DNA of 64,000 nucleotides from an uncultured Gammaproteobacteria bacterium (lineage in GTDB: Bacteria > Pseudomonadota > Gammaproteobacteria > CAWCPV01). Below the pieces are notes generated by a model. The model saw nothing but the letters and a program-made list of their open reading frames with translations, had not been told where the DNA came from and ran no database searches. The stretch lies in the NCBI GenBank assembly GCA_963797555.1, contig CAWCPV010000014.1, positions 192,001 through 256,000 of the forward strand, given 5' to 3'. Every line of letters starts with the position of its first letter. Position 1 is the stretch's first letter. Of the stretch, positions 26,314 through 37,114 are shown in pieces. Both the position numbers and the translations under genes were made by a program.

Positions 26314-27657
26314 ATGGCTGACATCCTCGTCGTGGGGGCCGGGATCTCCGGCCTCGCCACTGCCTTATTCCTGCGGGAGCAGCGGCACCAGGTGCGGGTT
26401 CTGGAGCGAGCCGACCGTGTGGGCGGCACCATCCGCAGCCTTGCGGACAGCGGCTTCCTCGTGGATGCGGGGCCAAACTCGACACTGGACCGCGGGGCAG
26501 CGCTGGCCTCTCTGGTCGCCGCCCTCGGGCTGCAGGGGGAAGTTCTGGAGGCCAACCCGGCGGCGAAGCGGCGCTACGTGGCGAAGAATGGACGGCCGGT
26601 GGCCATGCCGGCAGGCGCGGTCGATTTTCTGAAAACGCCGTTGTTCAGTGTGGCGGGCAAGCTGCGCCTTCTGCTCGAGCCCTTCGCGCGCCGCTCCCGC
26701 CGAGAGGAGTCCATCGCCCAGTTCGTCAGGCGCCGGCTGGGCCGCGAGTTCCTGGACTGGGCCATCGACCCCTTCGTCTCGGGGGTGTATGCCGGCGACC
26801 CGGAGCGCCTGTCCGTGCGCGCGGCGACAGCGAAGATATACGCCTTGGAGTCGAAGTACGGCTCCTTGTTCATCGGCAGTCTCATGCGCCGGTTGAAAGG
26901 CAGGCCCACCGGTCCAGCGCCAAAGGGGCGGCTGATCTCGTTTTCGCGCGGCATGCATGCGTTGCCCCAGGCGTTGGCCGAGTCTCTGGGAGACGCGGTA
27001 ACGGCGGGAGCGGACGTGACCAGCATCTGTCGCCGAGCAGACGGGCGCTGGGAGGCGGTGAGTGCCGGCCCGCCCTATGCCGCGGATAGGCTGGTGTTGT
27101 GCGTGCCGGCCTACGTCTGCGCCGATCTGCTGCGCCCCTCGAACGCTGCTGCGGCGGATGCCTTGGCTGCCATCCCCTACGCGGCGATCGCCTCGGTGGC
27201 GCTCGGGTTCCGCCGCGCCAACGTCCAGCACCCGCTGGACGGGTTCGGAATGCTCATCCCGCACCGGGTCGGGATCGAGACGCTGGGGGTCCTGTTCTCC
27301 TCCACCCTGTTTCCCGGCCGTGCCCCGGGCGGGCACGTCCTGCTCACCGCCTTCCTGGGCGGGGCGCGGAACCCGGGGGTGGCCGACCGCGATGAGGGGA
27401 GCTTGGTCGCCCGAGTGGTGGAGGACCTCACGCCGTTCCTCGGCCTCCGCGGCCAGGCGGTCTTCCAGCACGTGACCCGCTGGCCCCGCGCAATCCCACA
27501 GTACAACCTCGGCCACCTGGACCGGCTGCAGCGCATCGACGCCGCGTTGGAGCAGTTGCCCGGTCTTTATCTGCGCGCCAACTGGAGGGACGGCACCTCG
27601 CTCGCGGACTGTGTCGCGAACGCCAGGGCTCTGGCCGAGCGCATCGGATCGGCTTGA
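26314..27657 (+). CDS. hemG: protoporphyrinogen oxidase (HemY-type)
   Basis: GAGISGL, DAGPNS, PFVSGVYAGD, WPRAIPQY. Confidence 0.88.
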   Translation: MADILVVGAGISGLATALFLREQRHQVRVLERADRVGGTIRSLADSGFLVDAGPNSTLDRGAALASLVAALGLQGEVLEANPAAKRRYVAKNGRPVAMPAGAVDFLKTPLFSVAGKLRLLLEPFARRSRREESIAQFVRRRLGREFLDWAIDPFVSGVYAGDPERLSVRAATAKIYALESKYGSLFIGSLMRRLKGRPTGPAPKGRLISFSRGMHALPQALAESLGDAVTAGADVTSICRRADGRWEAVSAGPPYAADRLVLCVPAYVCADLLRPSNAAAADALAAIPYAAIASVALGFRRANVQHPLDGFGMLIPHRVGIETLGVLFSSTLFPGRAPGGHVLLTAFLGGARNPGVADRDEGSLVARVVEDLTPFLGLRGQAVFQHVTRWPRAIPQYNLGHLDRLQRIDAALEQLPGLYLRANWRDGTSLADCVANARALAERIGSA

Positions 27658-27702
27658 GACGGAAGACGGCCGCCGCCGCAGACCGCTACGCGGGAGAGTG
27701 CC

Positions 27703-28023
27703 ATGAGCAAGGTCGCCAACCTGCTCGAAAATGTGCCCAGGGGGCTTCCTGAAGAGGTTTTCGGCGTGCTCGCCCAGGGACCGGGGACCCGCATCGAGCG
27801 TATCGTGTCCCACGGGCATGCGTCGCCGCCGGGCTTCTGGCACGACCAGGAGACCCGCGAGTGGGTGATGGTCGTGCAGGGCAGGGCAGTCCTGGAGTTC
27901 GATCCCGGCGAGCGCATCGAGATGCGCCCTGGGGACTGGATGGATATACCGGCGCACCGGCGTCACCGGGTCGCCTGGACGACCCCAGACGAGCCCACGG
28001 TGTGGGTCGCCGTGCACTATTGA
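27703..28023 (+). CDS. cupin domain protein
   Basis: IERIVSHG, EWVMVVQG, IPAHRRHRV. Confidence 0.85.
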   Translation: MSKVANLLENVPRGLPEEVFGVLAQGPGTRIERIVSHGHASPPGFWHDQETREWVMVVQGRAVLEFDPGERIEMRPGDWMDIPAHRRHRVAWTTPDEPTVWVAVHY

Positions 28024-28074
28024 AGGTATTGAAGGGAGCGGTTCGCGGCCGGCGCTGGCGGAAATCGCGGCCGG

Positions 28075-28383
28075 CTACGCCCGGCCGACGTTGGTATCGT
28101 GTGGGGAGTGGTAGTAATCGCTATCCTCGGCGAAGCGCTTGGCCTCTTCCACGAGTTTGCGCAACCGTTGCTCCGCAGTGATCACCTCGCCGCAGGACTC
28201 GCAGAACGGGTCCCCGCACGGCTGCCGCGAGTAGAGCCAGAATTGCACCGCGCCGGCCAGCAGCCCGGAGGCGACGTCCCATGCGTCCGCCTCTTTGTCC
28301 TCTTCGAGGAGACGGTTGCCCAGCTCGACGGCGCGTTGGGCAGCCTGGTCGAATGGAGTGAGGTCTTGGTCCCGGGAGGCCAT
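28075..28383 (-). CDS. conserved-looking hypothetical protein with CxDPxCxxC motif
   Basis: ORF with QPCGDPFCESC. Confidence 0.65.
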   Translation of the reverse strand: MASRDQDLTPFDQAAQRAVELGNRLLEEDKEADAWDVASGLLAGAVQFWLYSRQPCGDPFCESCGEVITAEQRLRKLVEEAKRFAEDSDYYHSPHDTNVGRA

Positions 28384-28563
28384 CGGTTTTTCCCACGAGG
28401 CCGCGCGATTGCGGCGGATTTTCTACATTGTACTGCGCTGTCCACCTGAGCCCAACTACGGCGTGTATGGATTACCCGAGAGCGTGTGAACGAAGCTGCT
28501 GCGCAAGCTCTGAGGGACGCAACGGCCGCGCGGCTGGCAGAGTCGTTGCAGCCGTGAAGCTCG

Positions 28564-28878
28564 CTAAAAGATGGCTCCCAAGGTCGCGCCGACGACCCGG
28601 AACGGGAATGCGATGACGGCGCCTCCCAGGTTCACGGCGCTCCCTACGATCCCGGTCGGGCGATCCTCTTGGGTCGTGGTGGTCACGGTGGTCTCGCGCT
28701 GGGCCGGAGCTGCGCCCTGGTAGCCCGACTCCGCGCCATCGGGGACAGCGGCCGCTGGCTGGGTGACCGTTTCTGTCTTTACCACGGTCGTGGAGGTGCC
28801 GGCGCAGCCGAGCAGCCCGGCGAGCAACATGGTGGTGATGAACGCTGAACCGGCAAGTTTTCTTATAGACGCACGCAT
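28564..28878 (-). CDS. putative lipoprotein
   Basis: signal peptide with LLGC lipobox; GAGGAG RBS. Confidence 0.55.
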   Translation of the reverse strand: MRASIRKLAGSAFITTMLLAGLLGCAGTSTTVVKTETVTQPAAAVPDGAESGYQGAAPAQRETTVTTTTQEDRPTGIVGSAVNLGGAVIAFPFRVVGATLGAIF

Positions 28879-29263
28879 AATCTTCTCCTCGGAGGCTGTC
28901 CCCTCCGGCGTGACCGTGAGCCGCCTGGCCGTGGCCAGATGGCGGACCCTCGTTGCGAATGACTCGCAGTGCCGGCTCAAGTATAGCTCAGCCTCGGGGG
29001 GGTAGACGGCCAACCGAAGGGGGCGGCTTCGACGCCGTGAGGGAGTACGCGCCGATCAGGGGACAACTGCAGCGCAGGTCGAGGGGCTGGAGGCGGAGGT
29101 TTTCCTGTCCTTTGACCCCACGCTTTCTGCTGAAGGTTTATCGGGGAATACACCAGTGCCTAAAGGCTCGCGATCGCGGGCCGGCTGGCCGCAGTTCGGC
29201 GCTGACCTTGGCAAGTCACGCGGCGAGCGGCATCATTGACGCTGGCGGATGGGGGAAGGGGTG

Positions 29264-31638
29264 ATGGACCGGCAAGGGCGCAAGCGCGCAAGAGTATTCC
29301 TGAGCTACAGCCACAAGGACGAGAAGCCCTACCTCGAAGAGACTCCGGCCCTATCTCAAGTCGCTCGCCGACCGCGGAATCATCGACCTCTGGAGTGATC
29401 ATCGGATCGCCCCGAGCGAGCGCTGGCACGATGAGATCCAGTCCGCCATCGAGTCGGCGGCGGTCGCGGTGCTCCTCGTCTCGCAGGATTTTCTCGCCTC
29501 CGACTACATCCGTCAGTACGAGGTGCCGCCGCTCCTGCGGGCGCGGGAGCAGGAGGGTGTCCCGGTCGCCTGCCTGTTCGTCAAGCCCTCCCTGGTGAAA
29601 CATGAGGGCATGGTCTTCCACGCGGGTTCTGGGGGAAAGGCGGTCAGGCTCACGGAGTATCAGGGCCTGAACAGCCCCGACCGGCCGCTCTCGGGAATGG
29701 ATGACAACGAGCGGGCGAAGGCTTACGTGGCGGCGGCGGAGTGGATCGGCAAGCTGGTTGCGCAGCCCGCCCCGCAGGCCGAGTTCCGGCAGCCGCCCCC
29801 GGAGGAGCGGCGGGATCTCCAGGTTCGCCTGGAAGTGAGGCGCGGCTATCTGGAAAGGCTCTACTTCTGCGCCGGAGCCAAGATCACCGAGTACCGCTCA
29901 CCTTGGCCGCCCCTTCGGGATCGGCTCGTCGAGTGGGCAAACCGCGGTCCCCATGCCTTGCGAACGGGCCTGACGGAGGCGCTGTTCCAGGGACTGTTCG
30001 GCGACGATCGAGGCGCCGAGACGGTTCTGTCGGCAACCTTCGAGTCCGGCCCGGGCCTCGTGCCGCGCCCGATCCTGCATCCGGTCAGGGTGCGCATCGC
30101 GACCGACGAGCCGGCGCTGAATATCCCTGCCGTGGCACCACACCGCGTGGGCGGGCGAACGGCTCTGGAACAGTGCCGGGTGGACCTTCGAGCTGACGGC
30201 GTCCGGCCCGGAGGCGGAAGCCACCGGGCCTTCGGATGTCTTGCTCAAGGCGCCGTGCCCGGTGCTGCTCGTGGCTTTGAGCGCCGGGAACGAAGGCGCG
30301 CCTGCTCTGGATACTCACTTCCGGGCCGTAGAAGAGATCCTGCATCGGGCCTGGCCGGCTTACACCGAGCCGCCGCGCGTGGCCCGCGACGCCCGGACGG
30401 TCGAGCACGCCTTCCGCGAGCGAAGGCCACGCATTGTCTGCTGCTTCGGCGAGCATCTCGATCTGGACGGGCGGGCGCTCGCCGAGCTGCTGCGCGTGTC
30501 CTGGGGCGCGCAGCCGCCCCAGATTCTCCTTCTCAGCCTGGTGGGAGACCGTCTGAGCCAGGCGGCCGAGGCTCTGGCCGGGCTGCATCCGGAGGTTCCG
30601 CTGATTGCCCTGCAGTGCTCACCGGATGCGGCCGAGCTGCAGGCCTCGGCCCTGGACTGGCTGCACACGCTGCTGGAGGGCGGAGAGGACGCCGACCCGG
30701 TCTGCGCCTTGCACGAGTTCGGCGTCGAGCGGGCGGTGGTGTGGGGCGCTTACGGGCGCTGGCGCACCCGCACCGCCGGCGAACCGCCACGGGAGAAGCT
30801 CGCCCACTTGCTCCTCGACCGAAGGCTGCAGCGCGCGATGGTTCGCAGCGCTCTCGACGAGCTGGTGCACGAGGGCGACCGGCGCCTGTGCTGTCTGCTC
30901 GGCTACGGCGCCGAGGGAAACCTGGTCGACCGTCTGGGGGCGCAGCTCTTCGAGCACCTGCGTCGCACCGCCCAGGACGTGGCCCACGTCAGCCGGCTCA
31001 CGCTGAGCCTGCCCGAGGGGAAGCAGTTCGATGCCGGCACCGTGGAGGCTCAGGTGCGCCGGGATCTCGGCCTCGGCCCCCGCACCTCTCTGGGGGAAGC
31101 CCTGCGCGACCGGCGGCCCCGCATCCCCCACGGCAAGCGGCCCGTGTTGCTCCTCGACTGGGGGGTGCGCGGCGATGCCCGAGGTGCACTCGCGACGGGG
31201 GGCGTCACGGCATGGCTCGAGTTCTGCGCCGGTCCGTTGTGCGCCGAGTGCCCTCCGGATTTGCGGCTGCTGTCGTTGCTGTCCATCGAAAGCGCCAGCG
31301 AGAAACATGACCTCATCAAGGCCCTGGTCAACGGACTGCGGGGCGAGCCGCGCTTCCGGGACCGGGCGTTTCGTGTGGAGCTGCTCGAGCCCTTGGACCG
31401 GGTGTGGCCCAACGATCTCGCCGATTTTCTCGACGGTCGCGGCAACTCCTCCTGTCCGGACGATCTGCTCTCGGTCATGCCCGACCTCATCGTCGGCGAC
31501 ACTGGCGGCCACTTCGAGCGGACCCTGGCGCGCATCGAGGAGGCGGAGCGGCGAGGCTGGTACGATCTGTACGACGCGCTCCGCGGGCGGGAGCCGGTCC
31601 CGGCGAAGGTTACTGTCCAGGAAGAGGGCACGCTCTGA
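29264..31638 (+). CDS. TIR + CHAT-like + inactive STAND (iSTAND) protein of a ternary conflict system (apparent frameshifts near 29340 and 30125)
   Basis: VFLSYSHKDE / LWSDHRI / LLVSQDFLASDYI TIR; RVRIATDEPAL-PW CHAT-like segment; LLDRRLQR...LCCLLGYG iSTAND-like C-terminus. Confidence 0.7.
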
Positions 31639-31676
31639 TCGGGGTCTGGAAAGGTTAGCCAACGAGAGAGGGCGAG

Positions 31677-32633
31677 ATGGCAGATTTTCACTTGGTGCGT
31701 CGCGACGTGGATCCCATGCGCCACGATTCCGCGGCGGCCCGCTCCAGGCTCGGCGCGCGCGTGCTGCCGAAGGCCGTCACCGATTTCGGCGCCTCGGCCC
31801 CCTATTTCCAGCTCGACCTCGGGCTGGAGACGGCCATCAACATGGCGCTCGCGGTGGGGGCGCCGCTGCTACTCACCGGCGAGCCCGGCACCGGGAAGAC
31901 CCAGGTCGCCTTCTTTCTCGGCTGGTACTTCGACATCCGGGTGTTCGCGTACCAGGTGCGTTCCACCTCGACCTCCGAAGATCTCAAGTACGACTTCGAC
32001 GCCGTGGGCTACCTGCGCGCTTTCCAGCACCCCTCGTCCGAAGAGCGGCGGCGAGAGCGGCACGAGTTCCTCGCCGAGAAGGCGCTTTGGAATGCCTACC
32101 GGTGCCAGAGTGACGCGGTGCTGCTCATCGACGAGATCGACAAGGCGCCGCGGGATTTCCCCAATGACCTGCTACAGGAGCTGGACCAGCACCGTTTCAA
32201 GCACCCGTTCAAAGAGGAGTATGTCGAGCCGGCCAGCGGCCGCCCTCCGGTGGTGGTCATCACCAGCAACGCCGAGCGGCGCCTCCCGGACGCCTTCCTG
32301 CGCCGCTGCATCGTGCACCACATCGAGCTGACGGAGGAATTGGTCGAGCGGGCCGTGCAGGCGAGGATGGGTGCGAAGGACAAGGACTTTCCCGTCGATC
32401 TCGACGAGGACGTCCGGCGCGAAGCTCTCGGACGGTTCTGGGAGCTGCGGGACCCGGCCCACAACCTCCAGAAACGACCGTCCACGGGCGAGCTCCTGGT
32501 CTGGCTGACCATCCTGAGCGCCCGCAGTGTCACTGCGGAGGAGCTGCGGGGCAAGGCGCTCGCGCACCTGCCCGGGATCGAGGCCCTGGTCAAGGACCGC
32601 GACGACCTGAGGCAGCTCCGCAGCCCGGCGTGA
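31677..32633 (+). CDS. MoxR family AAA+ ATPase
   Basis: LLLTGEPGTGKT, LLIDEIDKAPRDFPNDLL, ITSNAERRLPDAFLRRC. Confidence 0.9.
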   Translation: MADFHLVRRDVDPMRHDSAAARSRLGARVLPKAVTDFGASAPYFQLDLGLETAINMALAVGAPLLLTGEPGTGKTQVAFFLGWYFDIRVFAYQVRSTSTSEDLKYDFDAVGYLRAFQHPSSEERRRERHEFLAEKALWNAYRCQSDAVLLIDEIDKAPRDFPNDLLQELDQHRFKHPFKEEYVEPASGRPPVVVITSNAERRLPDAFLRRCIVHHIELTEELVERAVQARMGAKDKDFPVDLDEDVRREALGRFWELRDPAHNLQKRPSTGELLVWLTILSARSVTAEELRGKALAHLPGIEALVKDRDDLRQLRSPA

Positions 32634-34842
32634 GCCAGCGCCAGGCCATGCCTGGAACGCGGAAGGCCACGGCAGTTTCTGCCCACGAGTCCGGGTCCGC
32701 CCTCGCGGGCCTCGCCTCGCTCCCCGCCGACCTGGATGTCCTCCTGCACGCCCTGCGCGTCGAAAACATCCCGGTCGGCATCGGCGAGCTGACTTGGCTC
32801 AATCACGCCTTCTCCCTCGGCCCTAGCCTGGACCGCGAGCAGCTCCGGGCTTTGCTGGCGTGCGCTCTGGTCAAGGACCCGCTCCGACGCCCCGACTTCG
32901 ATGCTCTGTTCGACGACTGGTACCCGGAGATCCAGACCGGGCGCCCTGCGGCGGAGGAGGAACAGCTGGCGCAGGCAGGTGCACCCCCCGCGGGCAGCAA
33001 GGAAACGCAGGGCGGGGTCCGAGGCGGCCCCCCCGACGAGAAGGCTCCAACGGCACAGCAACCGCCGGAGTCGTGGCCCAGGCGGCTCGCCGCCGTCCTG
33101 TGGCGGCTGGCGGAGCTGGCCGGGGCGACCGCCGGCGCCACGCTGGCGCGAATCAGAAGCCTGGCGAGGCGCCGGGTGTTCTGGCTGAGCTTGGTTCTGA
33201 TGATCGAGCTGGTGGCCGCCGGTGTGTACCACTACCACTGCCCGAGCAGGCCCGGCCCCGTGACCCGCCCGCCGCAGCAAGAGCGCAAGCAGGGTCCGGC
33301 GCCAGCGCAAGGGCTTCGCACGGTGCGCGCCGCGCCGCCCCCTGGCGCAAAGCCCTTCGCGCCGGTGGACTCCGGTGCGCGCTGGGCCGGAGCCGGTCTG
33401 GGTCTGCTCGCCTTGACCCTGGCCGCCATTGCCGGTGGGCGCTACCGCCGCCAGCGGGCGTTGCCGGCGCCGGTCCCGGCGGTCGGGGGGCCGGCCTGGC
33501 TGCCGCGGCTGCCGCCGGAGGCGAGCGGACCCGAGCTGCTGGATGCGGAGCAGCTCCGCACCCTGGTCTGGGGGATCGGCCGCTTCGTGTCCGAGGACCT
33601 CACGGACCAGATCGATCCCGAGCGGACGGTCGCCGCGACCGCACGGGCGGGAGGGATGCCGGAGCTGCGTTATCGGCGAGCGGTCTATCCACGGGAGGTC
33701 TGGCTGTGGCAGGACCAGTCGGTCGAGGACCCGGGCGTCGAGCGGCTCGCCGACGAAGTGGAGGTCAGCCTGGAGCGGGCGGGATTGCCGGTGCGCCGGG
33801 GTTGGTTCGCCGACCTCCCGGAGGTGGTGCGCTGCGAGGAGCGGCGAGGAGCGGGCGGGCCGGCCGGTTTGGCCGCCGGCCATGCGGGTCGAGATTCTGG
33901 ACTGGCTGGCGCGGGCAGAGGCCCCGGGCGGGAGCGTGCCGGTGGCGGCGCAGAGCCTGCTCGGCCGGGCGCTCGCCTTCTGGCGGGGGCGCTGCCGGGA
34001 GGAGCGGTCGCGTCGGGAGAGGGCCGAGAGCCGGCTCCACCCCTTCCAGGGCACCGCGGCGGAGCAGCGGCTGCGCCTGGAAGAGGCGCTGCTCGATTTG
34101 TGGGCGCGTCCCGCCGAGGCCGCCATGGCGCTGTACGGGCTGTTCCGGGGCGCCTTCAGTGACGAGGTGGAGGCGCGCCTCGCCACCTATGCTCCACGGG
34201 ACTGGGGCCCGCGTCGGGGCCGGGTGCGGCTGCCCTGGCGCTGGTCGAGCCAGCCGGAGAAGGTCCGCTGGCTGTACGGGAAGATGGGCCTGGGTGGGGA
34301 GGGAGTCCTGGCGCAGCGCGGCGGCCTGCGCCCCTCGGCCACGCTGGGGGCGGCGCTGGGGCTGTGCCTCGGGCTCGTGGCGGCGGCCGGCACGGTCGCC
34401 CTGCGCCCGCCCGGCCTCGAGGAGTGGACCGACCCCGAGAGCGGCATTGCCTTCCTGCGCATCCCCGGCGGTCGCTTTCTGATGGGCTCGCCCGGGACCG
34501 CACTCCGAGGCCGACCCAGACGAGCGGCCACAGCACGAAGTCAGGCTCGGTCCCTTCTGGATGGCCCGCACCGAGACCACCAACGCCCAGTACCGGCGTC
34601 TGCACCCTGAGCACGAAGGTGCAGACGAGTCGCCGGCGGTCGGCGTCACCTGGGCCGAAGCCAAAGCGTTTTGCGAGCGGTTCGGCTTCTACCTGCCCAC
34701 CGAGGCCCAGTGGGAAGACGCCGCCCGAGCGGGGACCACCACCCGCTGGTCCTTCGGAGACGACCCGGCCGACCTCGGGTCTTATGCGTGGTACAGCGAA
34801 AACTCCGGCTCGCGAACCCATCCGGTGGGCACGAAGGCGCCC
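32630..34842 (+). CDS. vWA/CoxE-like, membrane-spanning, FGE-sulfatase (CLec) domain protein; frameshifted and C-terminally truncated
   Basis: ALRVENIPVG...FDALFDDW, IDPERTVAATARAGG, TM helices, IPGGRFLMGSP, ETTNAQY, LPTEAQWE, HPVGTKAP; lacks the GLYDMxGNVWEW and RGGSW/GFRC end. Confidence 0.7.
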
Positions 34843-34999
34843 TCGAACAGATGGCGCGGCGTCTCGCCGGGATCAGACTACTGCCCCGGACGTGGCAGGC
34901 CGCCGAGTTCGTTGGAAACTGGGGTAACCCAGGACAACCGCAGCGCGGGGTACTGGAACGAAGGCGGCGCTCGCTGCGCGCCGCGGTGGAAGACAGCCT

Positions 35000-35355
35000 C
35001 GAATCTGGCTCCACAAGAGGAGCACGGACGACGCTACTCGGTGCGGGACCTCAAGGCCTTTCAGGTGGCGTTGCCGATCTATTGGGAGGCGAGCCAGGCG
35101 CTCGGGGAGGACCACGTGGCGACTCGTGCCCTGCGCCGCGTGCTCGAGCAGCTCGCCCGCGGGTGTCACCGCTTCGAGCGCACGCAGAAGGTCGAGGCTT
35201 ATGGTCAGGCCCGGGACGACGCCAGCCTGGCGGCCTGCGAGCTGCTGCTAACAGGGTCGCCCGTAGCCGAAAGCCTGATGGAGCGGGTCGAGCAAGAACT
35301 CATGCCGGCCTTCGCGGGCCTGATGCGGCGAGCCGACAGGCGCCGGGGTGTGTAG
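35000..35355 (+). CDS. four-helix-bundle (IVP/Avd-like) domain; true start uncertain
   Basis: VRDLKAFQVA...LEQLARGCHRFERTQKVEAYGQARDDA resembles the 23S-IVP four-helix-bundle pattern. Confidence 0.5.
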
Positions 35356-35364
35356 GCCTCCTCG

Positions 35365-35700
35365 ATGGGCGACGAGCGCCGCGCCCCGCTGTTCACCGAT
35401 GCCTTCGCGCTGTGCGAGTGGCTGCTCGGGCATCTGGATGAGGAGCCGGGGGTCCTAGCGCCGGCATTGTGCCGCAATGCCCTTTCGCTGCTGGAGGCGA
35501 TCACCTTGGCGCTCAAGGGACAGTTGCGCGAGGAGCGACTGATCGAGGCGGACGAGCGGCTGGTGGCCCTGCGGGTACAGTTGCGTCTGGCGGCCGGCAC
35601 CGGCCGGCTCAGCGAGCGCCAGGCCCTGTACGCGCTGGAGATCGCGGACCGCATCGGCCGGCAGGTGGGGGGTTGGCGCCGGGCGCTGGAGCGGGCATGA
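35365..35700 (+). CDS. avd: DGR accessory variability determinant (Avd-like)
   Basis: 111 aa helical protein ending IGRQVGGW, directly upstream of TR and RT. Confidence 0.8.
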   Translation: MGDERRAPLFTDAFALCEWLLGHLDEEPGVLAPALCRNALSLLEAITLALKGQLREERLIEADERLVALRVQLRLAAGTGRLSERQALYALEIADRIGRQVGGWRRALERA

Positions 35701-35732
35701 TTGGGGTGGGCAGGCCCGAACGATGCCCGAGC

Positions 35733-35861
35733 CAGGTGGACCGCGGGGGCTCCGCTTGGAACGACCCGAGGAATCTGCGCTCTGCGAACCGGGACAGGAA
35801 CGACCCCGAGAACCGGAACGACAACCAGGGGTTCCGTTGCGTGCGTGTTCCGGGCCGCCAA
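35733..35861 (+). ncRNA. DGR template repeat (TR)
   Basis: 129 nt, AAC-rich, between avd and RT; matches 37121-37249(-) except at 15 adenines. Confidence 0.95.
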
Positions 35862-36007
35862 CACACCGCCACTGGGCGCTGCGCAGGGCCTGCCTCGGCC
35901 GGGGTTGCGCCCCGGTATCCCGGGCCCGCCCGTTCTGGTAGGCCACCTGGCCGACGGTCCGGGCGGGCCGACCTGACCGGCAGTGTCGGACTGCCCCATT
36001 TTCTGCG

Positions 36008-37000
36008 GTGCGCAGGGTTCCCGCCGGCAGCTTCGACCGGCTGACCAGCCTCGAAGCGCTGTGGCGAGCCTTCCGAGCGTGCCGGCGCGGTAAGCGGCGC
36101 CAGCCGCGCATGGCTGAGTTCGATCTGGACGCCGACCGGCGTCTCTGCGCGCTGCAAAGGAATCTGGCTGCCGGGGTGTACCGACCGGACCCGTGGCGCC
36201 TGCGCATCGTGCACGACCCCAAGACCCGGCTGATCGCGGCCCCCTCCATCCGCGACCGCGTGGTCCACCGGGCGCTGCTCGACGAGATTGGTCCGTACTA
36301 CGAGCGCGGTTTCCTCGATCACTCCTATGCCTGGGGGACTGGCCGCGGTCCGCACCGGGCCGTGCTGCAGCTTCTCGCCTGGATGCGCCGCCACCGCTAT
36401 CGGCTGAGCCTGGACATGGCGCGTTACTTTCCGTCGATCGCCCATCCGGTCCTGAGCGCATTGCTGTTCCACAGGCTCGGGGATCCGAAGACACGCGCTT
36501 TGCTGCTCGGGCTGCTCGCCGCCGGGGGCACGGTGTACCGCACGGACCGGGCAGGGGAGGCGCTGGGCTTCGGCGGGTCGGCCTGGCCGGCCGATCGGGG
36601 TCTGGCGCTCGGCTCCTACCTCAGCCAGTGGTGCGGGAACTTCTACCTCGACGGCCTGGACCACTACGTGAAGCGTGAGCTGAAGGTGAAGGCCTACCTG
36701 CGCTACATGGACGATCTGGTGTTACTGGACGACGACCGAGCGAGACTGGAGGAAGTCCGAGCGGCGATCGGCGAATGGGTCGGGCGGGAGCGGGGGCTGG
36801 CGCTGAACCCCAAGCGCTGGGACGTGCTCCCGGCGCGGGAGCCGGTGGTGTTCCTCGGCTATCGGGTGAGCCCCGCGGGGGTCGCGCCGAGCCGCAAGCT
36901 GCGCCGGCGCATGGCTAGACGCCTGCGCCGAGCGGCGAGGCAGGGCACCGATGCGCTGGGGCGGACGCTGGCCTCCTACCAGGGGCTGTTGCTGTTCTGA
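36008..37000 (+). CDS. DGR reverse transcriptase
   Basis: PKTRLIAAPSIRDRVVH, LDMARYFPSI, GLALGSYLSQ (DGR-type GxxxSQ), YLRYMDD, FLGY. Confidence 0.95.
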   Translation: MRRVPAGSFDRLTSLEALWRAFRACRRGKRRQPRMAEFDLDADRRLCALQRNLAAGVYRPDPWRLRIVHDPKTRLIAAPSIRDRVVHRALLDEIGPYYERGFLDHSYAWGTGRGPHRAVLQLLAWMRRHRYRLSLDMARYFPSIAHPVLSALLFHRLGDPKTRALLLGLLAAGGTVYRTDRAGEALGFGGSAWPADRGLALGSYLSQWCGNFYLDGLDHYVKRELKVKAYLRYMDDLVLLDDDRARLEEVRAAIGEWVGRERGLALNPKRWDVLPAREPVVFLGYRVSPAGVAPSRKLRRRMARRLRRAARQGTDALGRTLASYQGLLLF

Positions 37001-37070
37001 ACGCGGTCGCCCGCGAGTGTCCACCTCGTGACACGCCGTGTCCTTTTGTCACTTCAGTGACAGGGGCGCA

Positions 37071-37093
37071 CGGGCGGCGCTTCGCGCCGCCCG
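37071..37093 (-). other. DGR target-recognition hairpin (10-bp stem, GAA loop on target strand)
   Basis: CGGGCGGCGC-TTC-GCGCCGCCCG perfect inverted repeat, starting 22 nt past the target stop codon. Confidence 0.8.
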
Positions 37094-37114
37094 AGAAAAC
37101 AAGGGGTCAAGCGG

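Noticed and set aside
34860-34985. AAC-containing stretch after the truncated FGE domain as a second TR or VR
   Set aside because: It does not align with the TR or VR and reads better as coding sequence in another frame.
36008-37000. RT as retron or group II intron maturase (an intron end lies at 42.7 kb)
   Set aside because: GxxxSQ motif, small size, Avd and TR/VR identify a DGR RT; the intron relic is 5.7 kb away and unconnected.
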